From: an uncultured Actinomycetes bacterium
GTDB lineage: Bacteria; Actinomycetota; Actinomycetes; S36-B12; UBA10799
Assembly: GCA_963821045.1 (NCBI GenBank)
Contig: CAWGCB010000006.1
Location: forward strand, 619,714-683,713
Length of the DNA stretch: 64,000 nt
Reading direction: 5' to 3'
The notes under the pieces were generated by a model. It did no database searches and was not told the origin of the DNA. It saw nothing but the letters and a program-made list of their open reading frames with translations. Every line of letters begins with the position of its first letter. Positions within the stretch are counted from its first letter, which is position 1. The translations under genes and the position numbers were made by a program. Below are positions 29,426-42,752 of the stretch, one piece after another.

Positions 29426-32220
29426 ATGGCAAGTAACGACAGCTTTGGTGCCCGATCCACCCTGACCGTCAATGGTCAGGATTACGAGATCTTCCGGATA
29501 TCGGCTGTCGAGGGGTCCAGGCGACTTCCGTTCACGCACAAGGTCCTGCTTGAGAACCTGCTTCGAACCGAAGACGGCGCCAACGTCACGGCAGATCAGA
29601 TCCGCAGCCTCGGGCAGTGGGACGCTGACGCCAACCCAAGCCAGGAGATCCAGTTCAGCCCGGCGCGGGTCATCATGCAGGACTTCACTGGTGTCCCGTG
29701 TGTCGTGGACCTGGCAACGATGCGCGAGGCGATGGCAGATCTTGGCGGGGACACCAGCAAAATCAATCCGCTGGCACCGGCGGAACTCGTCATCGACCAC
29801 TCCGTCATCGCCGACTACTTCGGCATGCCGTCGGCCTTCGCGCGCAATGTTGAACTCGAGTACCAGCGCAACGAGGAGCGATACAAGTTCTTGCGGTGGG
29901 GTCAGAGCGCGTTCGATGAGTTCAAAGTCGTTCCGCCTGGAACTGGCATCGTGCACCAAGTCAACATTGAGAACCTCGCGCGTGTGGTGATGACCCGCAA
30001 CGGTCAGGCGTACCCGGACACGTGCGTGGGCACCGACTCCCACACCACCATGGTTAACGGACTTGGAGTGTTGGGTTGGGGTGTCGGCGGTATTGAGGCT
30101 GAAGCAGCGATGCTCGGCCAGCCGGTGTCGATGCTCATTCCGCGCGTCGTCGGCTTCAAGCTCACCGGCGAGCTACCTCCGGGTGCAACCGCCACAGACT
30201 TGGTGCTCACGATCACCGAGCAACTGCGCGAGCACGGGGTGGTCGGAAAGTTCGTGGAGTTCTATGGGGACGGAGTCTCTGCAGTCCCGCTAGCGAACCG
30301 GGCAACGATCGGCAATATGAGCCCGGAGTACGGGTCAACGGTGGCCATCTTCCCAATCGACTCCGAAACGTCTCGCTACCTACGCATGACGGGCCGGTCA
30401 GAGGAGCAGATTGCGCTAATCGAGGCTTACTGCAAGGAGCAGGGCCTCTGGCACGATCCCGCTGCCGAGGTCACCTACTCCGAGACTCTCGAGCTCGACC
30501 TCGGAACGGTCGTTCCGTCACTCGGCGGGTCCCAAGCGACCGCAGGACCGGATCGCGTTGACCGAATCGAAGGAGGCATTCCGCGCGGCCGTCGTTGACC
30601 ACGCCGGGGAGCCGGAATCGGCCGTCGATGAGGCCGAAGAGGAGTCATTCCCCGCCTCTGATCCACCAGCCGTGCCTGCTGATACAGCCAGCGGAGCACC
30701 ACGCGAGCCAGGACATGGCATCGGGCGACCGACCCGTCCAACTCCGGTCACTCTCGCTGATGGCACCAAGACAGTCATTGACCACGGTGCCGTAGTTATC
30801 GCTGCCATCACCTCTTGCACGAACACCTCGAACCCATCGGTGATGTTGGGTGCGGGCTTGTTAGCCAAGAAGGCGGTTGAAGCCGGTCTCACCGCCAAGC
30901 CCTGGGTGAAGACCACTCTGGCGCCAGGTTCCAAGGTCGTCACTGACTACTACGAGAAGTCCGGACTCACTCCGTACCTCGAGAAGCTTGGCTTCAACCT
31001 GGTTGGTTATGGCTGCACCACTTGTATCGGCAACTCCGGGCCGCTGCCAGCGGAGGTCTCCGCGGCGGTCAACGAGTCAGATCTCGCCGTTGTGTCAGTT
31101 CTTAGCGGAAACCGAAACTTCGAGGGCCGAATCAATCCCGATGTCAAGATGAACTACCTGGCTTCCCCGCCACTCGTCGTCGCCTACGCGATTGCCGGAA
31201 CGATGGACATCGACCTCGAGACCGAACCACTCGGTGTGAACGTCGACGGCCGCGAGCATCTTCCTTCGCGACATCTGGCCGACCCCGAACGAGATCGAGG
31301 CGGCCGTTGAGTCATCGATCGATGCCGACATGTTCAAGTCTCGATACGCCGACGTCTTCGCTGGCGACGAGCACTGGCAGTCACTAGATACTCCGACCGG
31401 AGAGACGTTCGACTGGGACACCGATTCGACGTATGTGCGCAAACCTCCGTACTTCGACGGAATGGGCGCGGCACCATCGCCGGTCACCGATGTGATCGGC
31501 GCGCGAGTACTCGCGAAACTCGGCGACTCGGTGACGACTGATCACATCTCACCTGCCGGTTCGATCAAAGCCGACAGTCCTGCTGGGGTCTACCTAGCTG
31601 AACATGGTGTCGCTCGAAAAGACTTCAACTCCTACGGATCGCGTCGCGGAAACCATGAGGTGATGATTCGCGGCACCTTCGCGAACATCCGACTGCGCAA
31701 CCAACTACTTGACGGCGTTGAGGGTGGCTTCACTCGGGACTTCACGCAGGGTGCTTCAGCGGCAGATGCGCCTGTTACACCTATCTATGATGCGGCGCAG
31801 TCATACGCGGCCAGCGGGATCCCGCTCGTGGTGCTGTCCGGCAAGGAGTACGGCTCGGGCTCGTCACGCGACTGGGCAGCGAAGGGAACCTCGCTGCTCG
31901 GTGTTCGCGTCGTGATCGCGGAGTCCTACGAGCGGATTCACCGGTCTAACCTGATCGGGATGGGCGTGCTTGCCGCTGCAGTACCCCGAGGGACAGACCG
32001 CGGAATCGCTAGGGCTGTCTGGCCAGGAGACGTTCTCCGTGACCGGCATCGAGGCCCTCAACGATGGTCCTGTCCCGTCAACCGTCGCTGTCGTGGCAAC
32101 TCGGGAAGACGGCTCGGCAGTCTCGTTTGATGCTGTCGTGCCGGATCGACACTCCCGGTGAAGCTCGACTACTACCGAAACGGTGGAATCCTGCAGTACG
32201 TGTTGCGCTCGCTGGTTTAG
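29426..32220 (+). CDS. acn: Aconitate hydratase; frame broken five times
   Basis: Collinear fragments 29426-30598, 30558-31310, 31330-32130, 31970-32161 and 32064-32270, with the last codons [17 protein letters not shown] ending at 32220. Motifs: [56 protein letters not shown] lies upstream of the ATG at 29426. Confidence 0.9.
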
Positions 32221-32348
32221 CGGCACGGGTGGGTGTGGCTGCCACAGCTGCACCTGTCGGCCTACACTGAGTGAAACACTCCAGCAGGTGCCCACGTCAG
32301 TTCCATGATGCTGAACGGTTGGGCGCAGGATGAGCGAAGGGACCTTCC

Positions 32349-34271
32349 GTGGGTTTGCTGCAGAGCATTCGCCAGCCAAGTGACCTCCGCTCGCTTGATG
32401 AGGCCCAATTAGAGGAGTTGGCAGCCGAGATTCGCGACTTCCTCGTCGATCGCGTGTCAGCGACTGGGGGGCATCTCGGCCCCAACCTCGGCGTCGTGGA
32501 ACTGACCTTGGCGCTGCACAGAACCTTCGACAGTCCCACCGACGTCATCTTGTGGGATACCGGACACCAGTCGTACGTCCACAAGATGGTGACGGGGCGC
32601 TGCGAGCAGTTCGACAGCCTGCGCCAGACGGGTGGTTTGGCCGGCTATCCCAGTCGCGGTGAGAGCCCCCACGATGTGATCGAGAACTCTCACGCGTCGA
32701 CGGCCCTGTCCTACGCCGACGGAATCGCCAAAGCGTGGGCAATAACGGGCGACCTAGCTACCGGCTCGGGCGCAGGCCGCCACGTCGTGGCCGTAGTTGG
32801 TGATGGTGCGCTTACCGGCGGTATGTCCTGGGAGGCGCTAAACAACATCGCCGGCAGTGACCGTCAAGTGATCATTGTGGTCAACGACAACGAGCGCTCC
32901 TATGCACCCACCATCGGCGGCCTCGCGCACCATCTCGCCACGCTTCGAACCACGGACGGTTACGAGCGATTCCTGGACTGGGGCAAGCGGGTCGTGAAGC
33001 GAACACCGATGGTTGGATCAGCCACCTACGACGCGTTGCACGGGTTGAAAAAGGGCGTCAAAGACATGGTCGCTCCACAGGGGATGTTTGAGGATCTAGG
33101 ACTCAAGTACATCGGCCCAGTTGCCGGCCATGATGTTGCGGCCCTGGAATTTGCGTTGGACCGGGCGAAGTCATTCTCCGGGCCGGTCATCGTGCACGCG
33201 ATCACCGAGAAAGGTCACGGCTACCTTCCCGCTGAACTAGACGACGCCGATCGACTCCACGGCATCGGCGTCAGCTACCCAGAGACCGGCAAACCGCGAA
33301 CGGCCGGAGTTCCAACCTGGACCTCCGTCTTCAGTGACGAGATCGTCAAGGCAGGAGCGACGGACGAGCGCATCGTCGCGATCACTGCTGCGATGTTGGC
33401 TCCGACCGGCCTCGACGCTTTCGCGAGGGAGTACCCGCAGCGAACATTCGATGTGGGGATTGCCGAGCAGCACGCTGTGACTAGTGCGGCGGGCATGGCC
33501 TACGCCGGTCTGCACCCCGTCGTCGCCGTCTACGCAACTTTCATCAACCGAGCCTTCGATCAGGTTCTCTTCGATGCGGGCTTGCACGGTGCGCCAATCA
33601 CATTCGTACTCGACCGCGCTGGCGTCACCGGCCCGGATGGTGCCAGCCACAACGGTCAGTGGGATATGTCGCTGTTGTCGATCGTGCCCGGAATCCGAAT
33701 CGCTGCGCCCAGAGACGGCCAACGCCTCAGAGACCTGTTCAACGAATCGATCGCGATCGATGATGGGCCGTCGGTGGTCAGATTCCCCAGCGGTGCGGTG
33801 CCCGCCGACATCGAGTCGGTAGGAAGCCTGGGCTGCGTCGACGTGCTCGTGGCTGCACAAGCTGCGAACCCGGTCGTCGTGGTGGCAGTGGGTTCGACAG
33901 CCGGAATGTGTGTGGACGCAGCAACCCGGGCAAAGGAGATGGGGATCGACGTGACTGTCGTTGACCCCAAGTGGATCGCGCCGTTGCCATTAGAGTTGCT
34001 CGATGTAGTTGCGGCGAGTTGCGCAGTGCTTTGCGTTGAGGACAACGTGCGCACTGGCGGGGTCGGTTCACAGCTATCCCAGGCCATTCGTGATCGTGAT
34101 GTCGAGGTGCCGATGCGCGACCTAGGGCTGCCTGATGAGTTCCTTGAGCATGGCAAGCGCTCCGATGTGCAAGCGGCAGCCGGAATGAGCGTCGACGCGA
34201 TCCTGGCCCAGATACTCACACTGGCCGAGACGTCACAGACTTCTGCCGACGTGGGTAGCGCCCGGCCCTAG
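32349..34271 (+). CDS. dxs: 1-deoxy-D-xylulose-5-phosphate synthase
   Basis: Intact 640-aa ORF with [29 protein letters not shown] and [11 protein letters not shown]. Confidence 0.95.
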   Translation: MGLLQSIRQPSDLRSLDEAQLEELAAEIRDFLVDRVSATGGHLGPNLGVVELTLALHRTFDSPTDVILWDTGHQSYVHKMVTGRCEQFDSLRQTGGLAGYPSRGESPHDVIENSHASTALSYADGIAKAWAITGDLATGSGAGRHVVAVVGDGALTGGMSWEALNNIAGSDRQVIIVVNDNERSYAPTIGGLAHHLATLRTTDGYERFLDWGKRVVKRTPMVGSATYDALHGLKKGVKDMVAPQGMFEDLGLKYIGPVAGHDVAALEFALDRAKSFSGPVIVHAITEKGHGYLPAELDDADRLHGIGVSYPETGKPRTAGVPTWTSVFSDEIVKAGATDERIVAITAAMLAPTGLDAFAREYPQRTFDVGIAEQHAVTSAAGMAYAGLHPVVAVYATFINRAFDQVLFDAGLHGAPITFVLDRAGVTGPDGASHNGQWDMSLLSIVPGIRIAAPRDGQRLRDLFNESIAIDDGPSVVRFPSGAVPADIESVGSLGCVDVLVAAQAANPVVVVAVGSTAGMCVDAATRAKEMGIDVTVVDPKWIAPLPLELLDVVAASCAVLCVEDNVRTGGVGSQLSQAIRDRDVEVPMRDLGLPDEFLEHGKRSDVQAAAGMSVDAILAQILTLAETSQTSADVGSARP

Positions 34272-34467
34272 TCGGCAGAATCGCCTAGCGCCCGCGCGCC
34301 GGTGCGAAGAGACCGACATATACCGGTTCTGGTGACATCTACTTCTTGGATTCCGGCCTCACCATGCCGCACTGATCGGTAACCTTGGTGATCCGTCGCA
34401 GAGCGTTGTTTGCCTCGGCCGCCATCGAGGGTGCACCGCCGCGAGTGTTTAGCAGAGGAGTCCGGAT

Positions 34468-37400
34468 ATGCAGCGACCTGACGGGCAGGTCGCGCTACCC
34501 TCCGGCCATCAACTAGCGGGTCTGCCAGCAATGCGGCAGTTAGTCTTATTCGTTGCCGTCTACGGTGCTCTCGTCCTCGTCGAGGTCAACCTGCGAGTGG
34601 ATGGCAGTTGGGCTCCACTAGCCCTATCTGTTGGTATTGCCACCGGAGTGTTGGCGCGTGTCTCCCCGTCGCAACGCCTGGCCTACCTTTGCGCCCAGTA
34701 CCTTGTCGGCGCATCGGTTCTTTGGTTCAGTACAGCTTCACTCCCGCTCGCCCTGGGACTCAGCCTGATTGGGGTCGGGGTTAGTTCGCTTGGCTGTGCT
34801 GTCATCGTGGCCCTCAGCCCCAGGTCTTTGCCTCGCTGGGACGGGTTCGTTGCCCTCATGGTCGCCGCTGTCCTCGCGGCTTCGGGGGGCGCGATCGTGG
34901 TGGCGCTGGCCACTCGCCTAGTCACAGGAACCTCCGATGGAGCGTGGCAAAGTGCCTGGGTCGCCTTCGCGAGCGGGATCGTTCTCGCAACGCCATGCGT
35001 GGTCATGTTTCGTAAGTCGCGGTTTCCGCTCACTACTCGACGCATCATCGAACTGACTACCGCCGTGGCGATTACGGCCGCCGTGTTGGCTCTCGTTTTG
35101 GGCCTGGGGGGTAGTGAGAGCGCGCAAAACAGTGGCGTGCAATACCTGTTGATTCCGATCGTTTTGTGGTTCGCTATTCGGTTCGGACTCGCAATCACGG
35201 CAGCTGTCACATCGCTAGTGGACCTCGTCGTCGTCGCCGTGACCCACAATGGAATCGGTCCATTCTCCGACTACACAATGGCACCGACAACCCTGCTATC
35301 GATGCAGATAACCCTCACCTTTGTGGCGCTGGCCGTGTATTCGGTAGCGATCAATGAGGAGCAGCGCAGAACTAGTGCAATGCGTTTGACAGCAGCTCAT
35401 GGTCTGGTCGACTCGCTGCTGGCTAACAGCGACGCGATGATCAGCGTTGTCCGCTACGACAAGTTCGGCAGAGCCCGTTACCTGCTGGCTAACCCGCATT
35501 TTGCCCGCGCCCTAGATCGTGAGGTCGAGGGTGTCGTCGGCAGTACCCAGGACGAACTCGCCTCCAGCAGTGAAGCAGCACAACGGGTGCGCGAGCAGGA
35601 CATGCGAGTCATCGAATCAGACAACTCGCAAGTGTTCGTAACCCGGTCAGTGACGGGCGCGAGCGCTGAGCTCGGAGCGAATGCTGACGAAAAAATCTAC
35701 TTGGTCACGAAGTTTCCAGTTGCAGATTCCATCGACGACTCCTTCTCTGTCGGCTCCATTGCCTTGGACATCACCGAACACCGGCGTCGCGAGCGCTTAA
35801 TGCGCTTAACGTTCGAGGAATCACCCGTGCCGATGCTGCGAATATCTCTGCGCAGCGACTCGCCAGGCACTGTGTTGGATGCAAACAACTCCGCGTCTGA
35901 GCTATTTCGGGTTCCCGTTCGCGGTCTGGTGGGCCAGACCCTGGACAGGTTCGTGCACCCAGATGAGCAGGCAATCGGTATCTTCCCGATCGACGGCGTC
36001 AGCTCGCATCGACACCGTCGAGAATCCCGGATGGTGAGAGGAGATGGGCAGGAAGCGTGGGTAGCAATGACGGCGAGTGTCGTTGACGCTTCTGAACCGG
36101 ATCAGACGACCCCGTCAGGTGACACTGCACGCACATCTAGCGCGCATTCAGGAGACGCATTCGCGCTGGTGGTCTTCGAGGACATCACTGCCCGCCGGGT
36201 TGCTGAGCAGCGGCTTACTCAACAGGCGCTGCATGATGCCTTAACTGGGCTGTTGAACCGGTACGCACTTGTGGACCGCCTGGATGCCGCCTTGAACCGG
36301 TTGTGGCGCACTCCCTCCTACACCGCCGTCCTGTTCTGTGATCTCGACGGCTTCAAGAATCTCAATGACACGCTCGGGCACAGAGCTGGGGACCAGGTTC
36401 TGGTCTCAGTTGCCGAGCGTCTTCGTTCAGTGATGCGCCCGCCGGATACTGTCGCGCGGCTTGGAGGAGACGAGTTCGTCTTGGTCTGTGAGGATCTGGC
36501 GAATCCGGGTCAGGCTCGAGAGATCGGTGAGCGGATTCGGGAGGCCATGCGCGAACCGTTCCGGATCGATGATCGAGAGTACGGACTGACGGTCAGTGTG
36601 GGGATCGCGACAACTACCGACTCTGATGCCCGAGCGGAGGATCTGCTGCGCCGCGCTGATCTGGCGATGTACCGCGCAAAGGACAATGGTCGCAACCGGG
36701 TTGAGTACTACGCCGAGGAGCTTGAGGCCCGCGCGGTGGCTCACGTCGAGGCGACCCAGACTCTGCGCAGAGCCTTATCCCACGATCAGTTCCTAGTCCA
36801 CTACCAGCCGATTGTTGATGTCCAGTCCAACGAAATCGTCGGTGTCGAAGCGCTGGCCCGCATCTTGACGGAGGAGGGCCGTCTGGTTCACCCGGCGGAT
36901 TTCATTGGAGTTGCTGAGACGAGCGGTCTGGTCACCCCAATGGGTACTCGCGTCTTGGAGATTGCGCTCGATCAGTTGGCGGCCTGGAAAGTATCGGGTA
37001 TCGAGGTGCAACTCAACGTGAACGTGTCACCGCGACAACTGGCGCGAGCAGCTTTCGCGCCTTCAGTGTTCGCCTGGCCTGAGTCAGCGTGGACTGGCTC
37101 CAGAGTCGCTGTGCCTGGAGATCACCGAGGGGGCAATCGTTGACGCGACAGGGCCGACGCTGATCACGTTGCGTCGGCTGCGCAGTTTCGGGGTGAAGGT
37201 AGGCATTGACGACTTCGGAACTGGCTACTCCTCACTCACCACGCTCAAGCACCTTCCCGCGGATGTGCTGAAAATCGACCGCAGTTTCGTCTCTGGCCTG
37301 GGCGGAGAAACGAGCGACAACGCGATCGTCGGCGCCGTGATTCAGGTCGCCCACGACCTTGGGTGCGTCGTTGTTGGAGAGGGGGTGGAGTCGCAGCAGC

Positions 37401-37558
37401 AGGCAGAGGAACTGCGCACGATGGGGTGCGATCACGTGCAGGGCTATCGCTACGGTAAGCCGGTCGGAGCAACCGAAATGGAAGCTATCTTGCGCACTCG
37501 CTACGCCACGGAAGTTATGGTCGACTTGACCGCCGATGTGCCGCTGACACCTCACTGA
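34468..37558 (+). CDS. Membrane sensor with PAS, GGDEF and EAL domains (c-di-GMP turnover); frame broken once
   Basis: ~8 N-terminal TM helices, PAS-like regions, a GGDEF site (RLGGDEFVLVC) and EAL motifs (VGVEALARI, DDFGTGYSSL). Fragments 34468-37143 and 37169-37558 join near ~37075 (+1). Confidence 0.85.
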
Positions 37559-37587
37559 GCGGGTCTGGCAGAAGCGGAACCGTCGCC

Positions 37588-38304
37588 CTAGGCATCCAAA
37601 GGTTGGCTGGTCTCCTGGGCGGCGCCAGCGTTCGTGCTCCGGTAGATCAATGCCAGGGCAGATAGGTACCAGGCTGCGGCAACTCCCCAAAAGAGCCAGA
37701 CGATGATCGAGCCGAGGTTGCCGCCGATGAAGAAGCCGTTGACGGCGCTCAACACGGTGCTAATGATCAGTATTGCTCCCAAGATGATCGCGGTGATGAG
37801 GTAGCGAATGAAGCGCTCGCCGATCACCTTGAAGTTCACTAGGAGCGGGTTGCGCTTCCCGTCTGCTGCGGCCAGAGTGACGAATGGTAGGACGAGCAAG
37901 ACGAGCAGACCGATGCCTGTGTTGATGATGATGCCGATCAAGACCAGCACGTACATCGCAACGGACCAGACCGAGAACATCAACCAGTTCGCGCCCATTT
38001 TCGTGACTTCCGAGAGGTTCGCCTTGCCTGTTGCTGCCGCGAGGGCAGTGACGTTCAGTGCGTGGAACGCCCACAACAGCACAACGAACGAGATCAGGCA
38101 GGTGATGATGAACGCGGGGTTGAACCCGGGAAGTGGGTCGAAGATCCAAATTAGCGTCATCTGAACCAGTGCGTTGAAGACGATCACGATGGCGAAGGGG
38201 ACAAACGCCCTAAAGAAGCGTCCGATCGCAGTGATCAAAACCGAGTAGCGGTAGTGCAGGGGCTTCTGCGCCTTTGGTTCGGCGGCTACGTCAGTGGTCG
38301 TCAT
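37588..38304 (-). CDS. Hypothetical polytopic membrane protein
   Basis: 238-aa ORF with 5-6 hydrophobic helices. Its ATG overlaps the upstream lipoprotein stop (ATGA). No family recognised. Confidence 0.5.
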   Translation of the reverse strand: MTTTDVAAEPKAQKPLHYRYSVLITAIGRFFRAFVPFAIVIVFNALVQMTLIWIFDPLPGFNPAFIITCLISFVVLLWAFHALNVTALAAATGKANLSEVTKMGANWLMFSVWSVAMYVLVLIGIIINTGIGLLVLLVLPFVTLAAADGKRNPLLVNFKVIGERFIRYLITAIILGAILIISTVLSAVNGFFIGGNLGSIIVWLFWGVAAAWYLSALALIYRSTNAGAAQETSQPLDA

Positions 38305-38795
38305 TGGGCACCGTCCTGATTTGCACTAATGGCAGCTTGGACGCCGCCGCTGTAGATCTCTTTACTGCCAACCTTGATCACCATGTTGTACTCCAGCGTT
38401 CCGGCCGGCAGCGCAGTAGGCGTGCCGCCGGGGGAGAGGGTAAACGTCGCCGCGGTCGCTGGCGTGGCTGCGACGTCGATGACCTCACCCTTCGTTGTCT
38501 TGCCGGTGCAGGTGAAGTCATTCGAAGGTTCATTCTTCGTGCATACAGGTGCAACCAAGACGGGAACCTCGTTGTCCATGAGTTCGTAGCCAATGGCAAT
38601 TTGCAGGGTGTTTTCTGGGACACCTGAGACCTGTTGAAGCGAATCGATCTGAGAGCAGCCAGCGACTCCAAGTGCTCCGGCAGCCAGGGCCGCGGTCACC
38701 AGTGCCAGCCTTGCGCGGCGCGGGTGACCAGTTGACGCCGATTGCGCAGATTGGTCCAAGGAGTCTTTGCTTATGTTCCTCGCAGTGTTTGTCAT
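38301..38795 (-). CDS. Putative lipoprotein
   Basis: 164-aa ORF with the signal/lipobox RRARLALVTAALAAGALGVAGCS. ATGA overlaps at both ends couple it to the flanking genes. Confidence 0.6.
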   Translation of the reverse strand: MTNTARNISKDSLDQSAQSASTGHPRRARLALVTAALAAGALGVAGCSQIDSLQQVSGVPENTLQIAIGYELMDNEVPVLVAPVCTKNEPSNDFTCTGKTTKGEVIDVAATPATAATFTLSPGGTPTALPAGTLEYNMVIKVGSKEIYSGGVQAAISANQDGAQ

Positions 38796-40609
38796 AGCGC
38801 CTGCTTCTGGTCGAAGGCTTCGATTCGTGCCCTGCTCGCTGCCTGTTCCTGCTCAAGCGTGGCGTCGGTAATGGTGGACAGGTCGAAGGGTGCGGGCAGC
38901 AGAAGTTCGGTGTTGCGGTCCAGCGGCGACCCTCCCCGCATGGCCGGGTTCTCGATCCAGTCATTGGCCGCAAGTTCGCGACTCAAAGATGCCAAGCCAA
39001 CCTGGGAGAAGTCGCCATCGGACCATTGCGCCGGCGAGGCGTGGTCCAGCGTCGTCGCAAAGATCGACATCGTGCCGTCCTGATTGTCGACGAACTCGAT
39101 GAGTTGTTGCTGTTGGGGAAAGTCCACACACGAAGCCGACGTGATCTCCCAGAAACCGCCACCGTTGCCGTTGGGATGCGGCCGAATGGTGTTGATGTGG
39201 GTATGCCCGTTGATCCAGGCGACCATATTGGGGAACTCGTTGAGCATGGAGACGAACTCGTCGGCGTGGTAGAGCTTCTGTCCGCCGACTACTGGCTCAG
39301 CCTCATTCTCCAACGTCAGACTGTTGTGATGGCTAAGGACGAGGGCAATTTTGTTCTCTTGTTGCGCCTGCGCGAGACCTTGTTTGAGCCAGTTGAACTG
39401 ATCCTCGGGTACGGCGCCATCCGCACCAGCGGTGAGGTTGCAGGTGTCCAATCCGAATATTCGGAAGTTACTGTTGAGGTCCGCGGACCAGTACGTACGT
39501 CCGCTACTGAGGTTGTCTTCGGTGAAGCCGTGACCGACCGGGCCGGGCGTGGCGGGGGAGTTTAGGTGCGAGGAGATAAAGCCCATCCGCTCGAACAGTC
39601 GGCGGCTGCCGTCTGGAGTGATATCGCGCATTCGCGCGTCCATATTCCACTTTCGCCACAACTGATCGGTGAGGCGAGTGAAGACGCTGCCGTCCATACT
39701 CATGCCGCGCAGGTACGTCTCCGCGAGGGCTGGCCACGCGTCAGCCTTGCGATTCCCGGTAGCCATCGAGCGCAGATTCGGGTCGATGTTGATCACACCG
39801 TTCCACAGCGTGTCGTGGTTGCCGAAGACTGTGTACCAGGGAGCAGCCAGCCCAGGTGAGGTCACGGTTCCGCTGACCGCGGCGTCGAGCAGTCCAGGAA
39901 TCTTCGGGAACCCGTAGGAGCCGAAGTCGTCTTGGGCTGGGTCCTCTGGATGCCACGCGAACGTGCTCGGCCAGACCTGCACACCCTCGTATACCCCAGG
40001 AGCTCCCGAGTTCGGGGTGAACTGGCCACCGTCAAGAACGCCGATGTACCAGTCGAGTTCAAGCTGGGAATGCTGATCGGAACTATCGCCAGTGTTGACT
40101 GCGGCGGCCATTGGGGCACCAGTGACCGGCGAGAGCTTCGCTGCGTTCATCGCCTTCGTCATCTCGGCCAGGATATGCATCTGCATCGTGTCCTGCGGAC
40201 GGATGACTCCGGCCCAGAGGCTCTGGCTTTGCCCTGCCATCACGTCAAGGCGAGCGGGGGATTGGGCATCGATCATGTGAATATCAGTGAAGTGGCCCAT
40301 GTACATCAGCGATCGGCGCGACTGGGTGCGAGTGGCCGCCTCTTTGCCCAGGATGTCTAGGCGCGGCAAGTAGGGCTCTCCCGGTGCCGTCACGAGCTTG
40401 CGGTATTGGTTGTAGACCGGCGACGTGAAGGCGATGGTCTGCTGCAAGGTCGTTGGCACGTCAGCGGGCTTCAGCGGTGCCGCAAGGACGGCTCCGAGCG
40501 CATCGCGAGGTACCGCGAATGTGGCGGCCATGGCGGCAGTTGTCGCCATGAAGGCTCTTCTTGTTAGTCCGGCCAGTGTTCTCTCCCAACCTACGCGCGG
40601 CACTTTCAT
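38792..40609 (-). CDS. Tat-exported metallophosphoesterase (PPA1498/TIGR03767-like family)
   Basis: Twin-arginine signal LTRRAFMATTAAMAATFAVP follows the ATG at 40609 (the ORF is open to 40807). Calcineurin-like motifs GHFTDIHM, VNTGDSSD, GNHD, LSHH and GHTH are separated by long inserts. Confidence 0.7.
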   Translation of the reverse strand: MKVPRVGWERTLAGLTRRAFMATTAAMAATFAVPRDALGAVLAAPLKPADVPTTLQQTIAFTSPVYNQYRKLVTAPGEPYLPRLDILGKEAATRTQSRRSLMYMGHFTDIHMIDAQSPARLDVMAGQSQSLWAGVIRPQDTMQMHILAEMTKAMNAAKLSPVTGAPMAAAVNTGDSSDQHSQLELDWYIGVLDGGQFTPNSGAPGVYEGVQVWPSTFAWHPEDPAQDDFGSYGFPKIPGLLDAAVSGTVTSPGLAAPWYTVFGNHDTLWNGVINIDPNLRSMATGNRKADAWPALAETYLRGMSMDGSVFTRLTDQLWRKWNMDARMRDITPDGSRRLFERMGFISSHLNSPATPGPVGHGFTEDNLSSGRTYWSADLNSNFRIFGLDTCNLTAGADGAVPEDQFNWLKQGLAQAQQENKIALVLSHHNSLTLENEAEPVVGGQKLYHADEFVSMLNEFPNMVAWINGHTHINTIRPHPNGNGGGFWEITSASCVDFPQQQQLIEFVDNQDGTMSIFATTLDHASPAQWSDGDFSQVGLASLSRELAANDWIENPAMRGGSPLDRNTELLLPAPFDLSTITDATLEQEQAASRARIEAFDQKQAL

Positions 40610-40748
40610 ACTGCGCACTGTGCGTACTGAGACGAAAATAGCGTGTTTCGTACTCCGACCGGAGACTGAACGCACCTTGAACCGAAGGAAACAACGAAGT
40701 AAATGGTCCTCAAGCCACTGTGACCGGGCGCACAGCCGCTCAGCGTGC

Positions 40749-40848
40749 GAAACCTTGCTGAAACATTCCGCCCTGAATGGCAACCGAAATGAAACGAACA
40801 TCGCCACTTCGTCACCTGCGAGTAACGCGCTCCGCCATTACCGGTAAC
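40749..40848. promoter_or_regulatory. Array of GAAAC / GTnAC pentamers at ~11-bp phasing (GlnR-box-like) upstream of amt
   Basis: GAAAC at 40749, 40760 and 40791. GTCAC at 40811. GTAAC at 40822 and 40844. Start-to-start spacings of 11, 11 and 22 bp occur. This resembles the actinobacterial GlnR a-site/b-site (gTnAc-n6-GaAAc) architecture. Confidence 0.35.
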
Positions 40849-40904
40849 AGCGATTTCGCAAGGTTGCTCCTGTCAACCCGGTGGGGGAACGAAAGGAGCT
40901 CGAT

Positions 40905-42575
<1,671 letters not shown>

Positions 42576-42605
42576 CTGCATCCCGCAAACGCAAGTGGGT
42601 GCCGT

Positions 42606-42752
42606 GGGGGTCAGTTCAACCGCAAGGTGGCTGGCCCCCATTGGCGCATCACTTGCCGCCAGGGCGGGGGCGTCTGCAGTGTGAGCGCAGACGGCCCCGC
42701 CGGGTGACAAGACCGCCAGATCCGCCTCTCCCGACCGGCGGGTCTGGCGGTC
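42606..42752 (+). promoter_or_regulatory. Three consecutive GC-rich stem-loops in the PII-PII spacer
   Basis: Stem 1: 42606-42614 pairs with 42631-42639 (9 bp, one G-U). Stem 2: 42667-42677 pairs with 42687-42698 (11 bp with a 1-nt bulge). Stem 3: 42711-42726 pairs with 42737-42752 (16 bp, one G-U, 10-nt loop). No U tract follows. Confidence 0.5.

Noticed and set aside
29040-29432. A 130-aa minus-strand ORF in the DUF3159-acn gap.
   Set aside because: It runs through the trkA remnant in a mixture of wrong frames and into the acn promoter region. The real signal there is the decayed trkA, not this ORF.
34339-34425. A 28-codon minus-strand small ORF (MAAEANNALRRITKVTDQCGMVRPESKK) between dxs and the GGDEF-EAL gene.
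   Set aside because: It has no convincing ribosome-binding site and matches no family I recognise. It sits in what is more simply the promoter/leader of the GGDEF-EAL gene.
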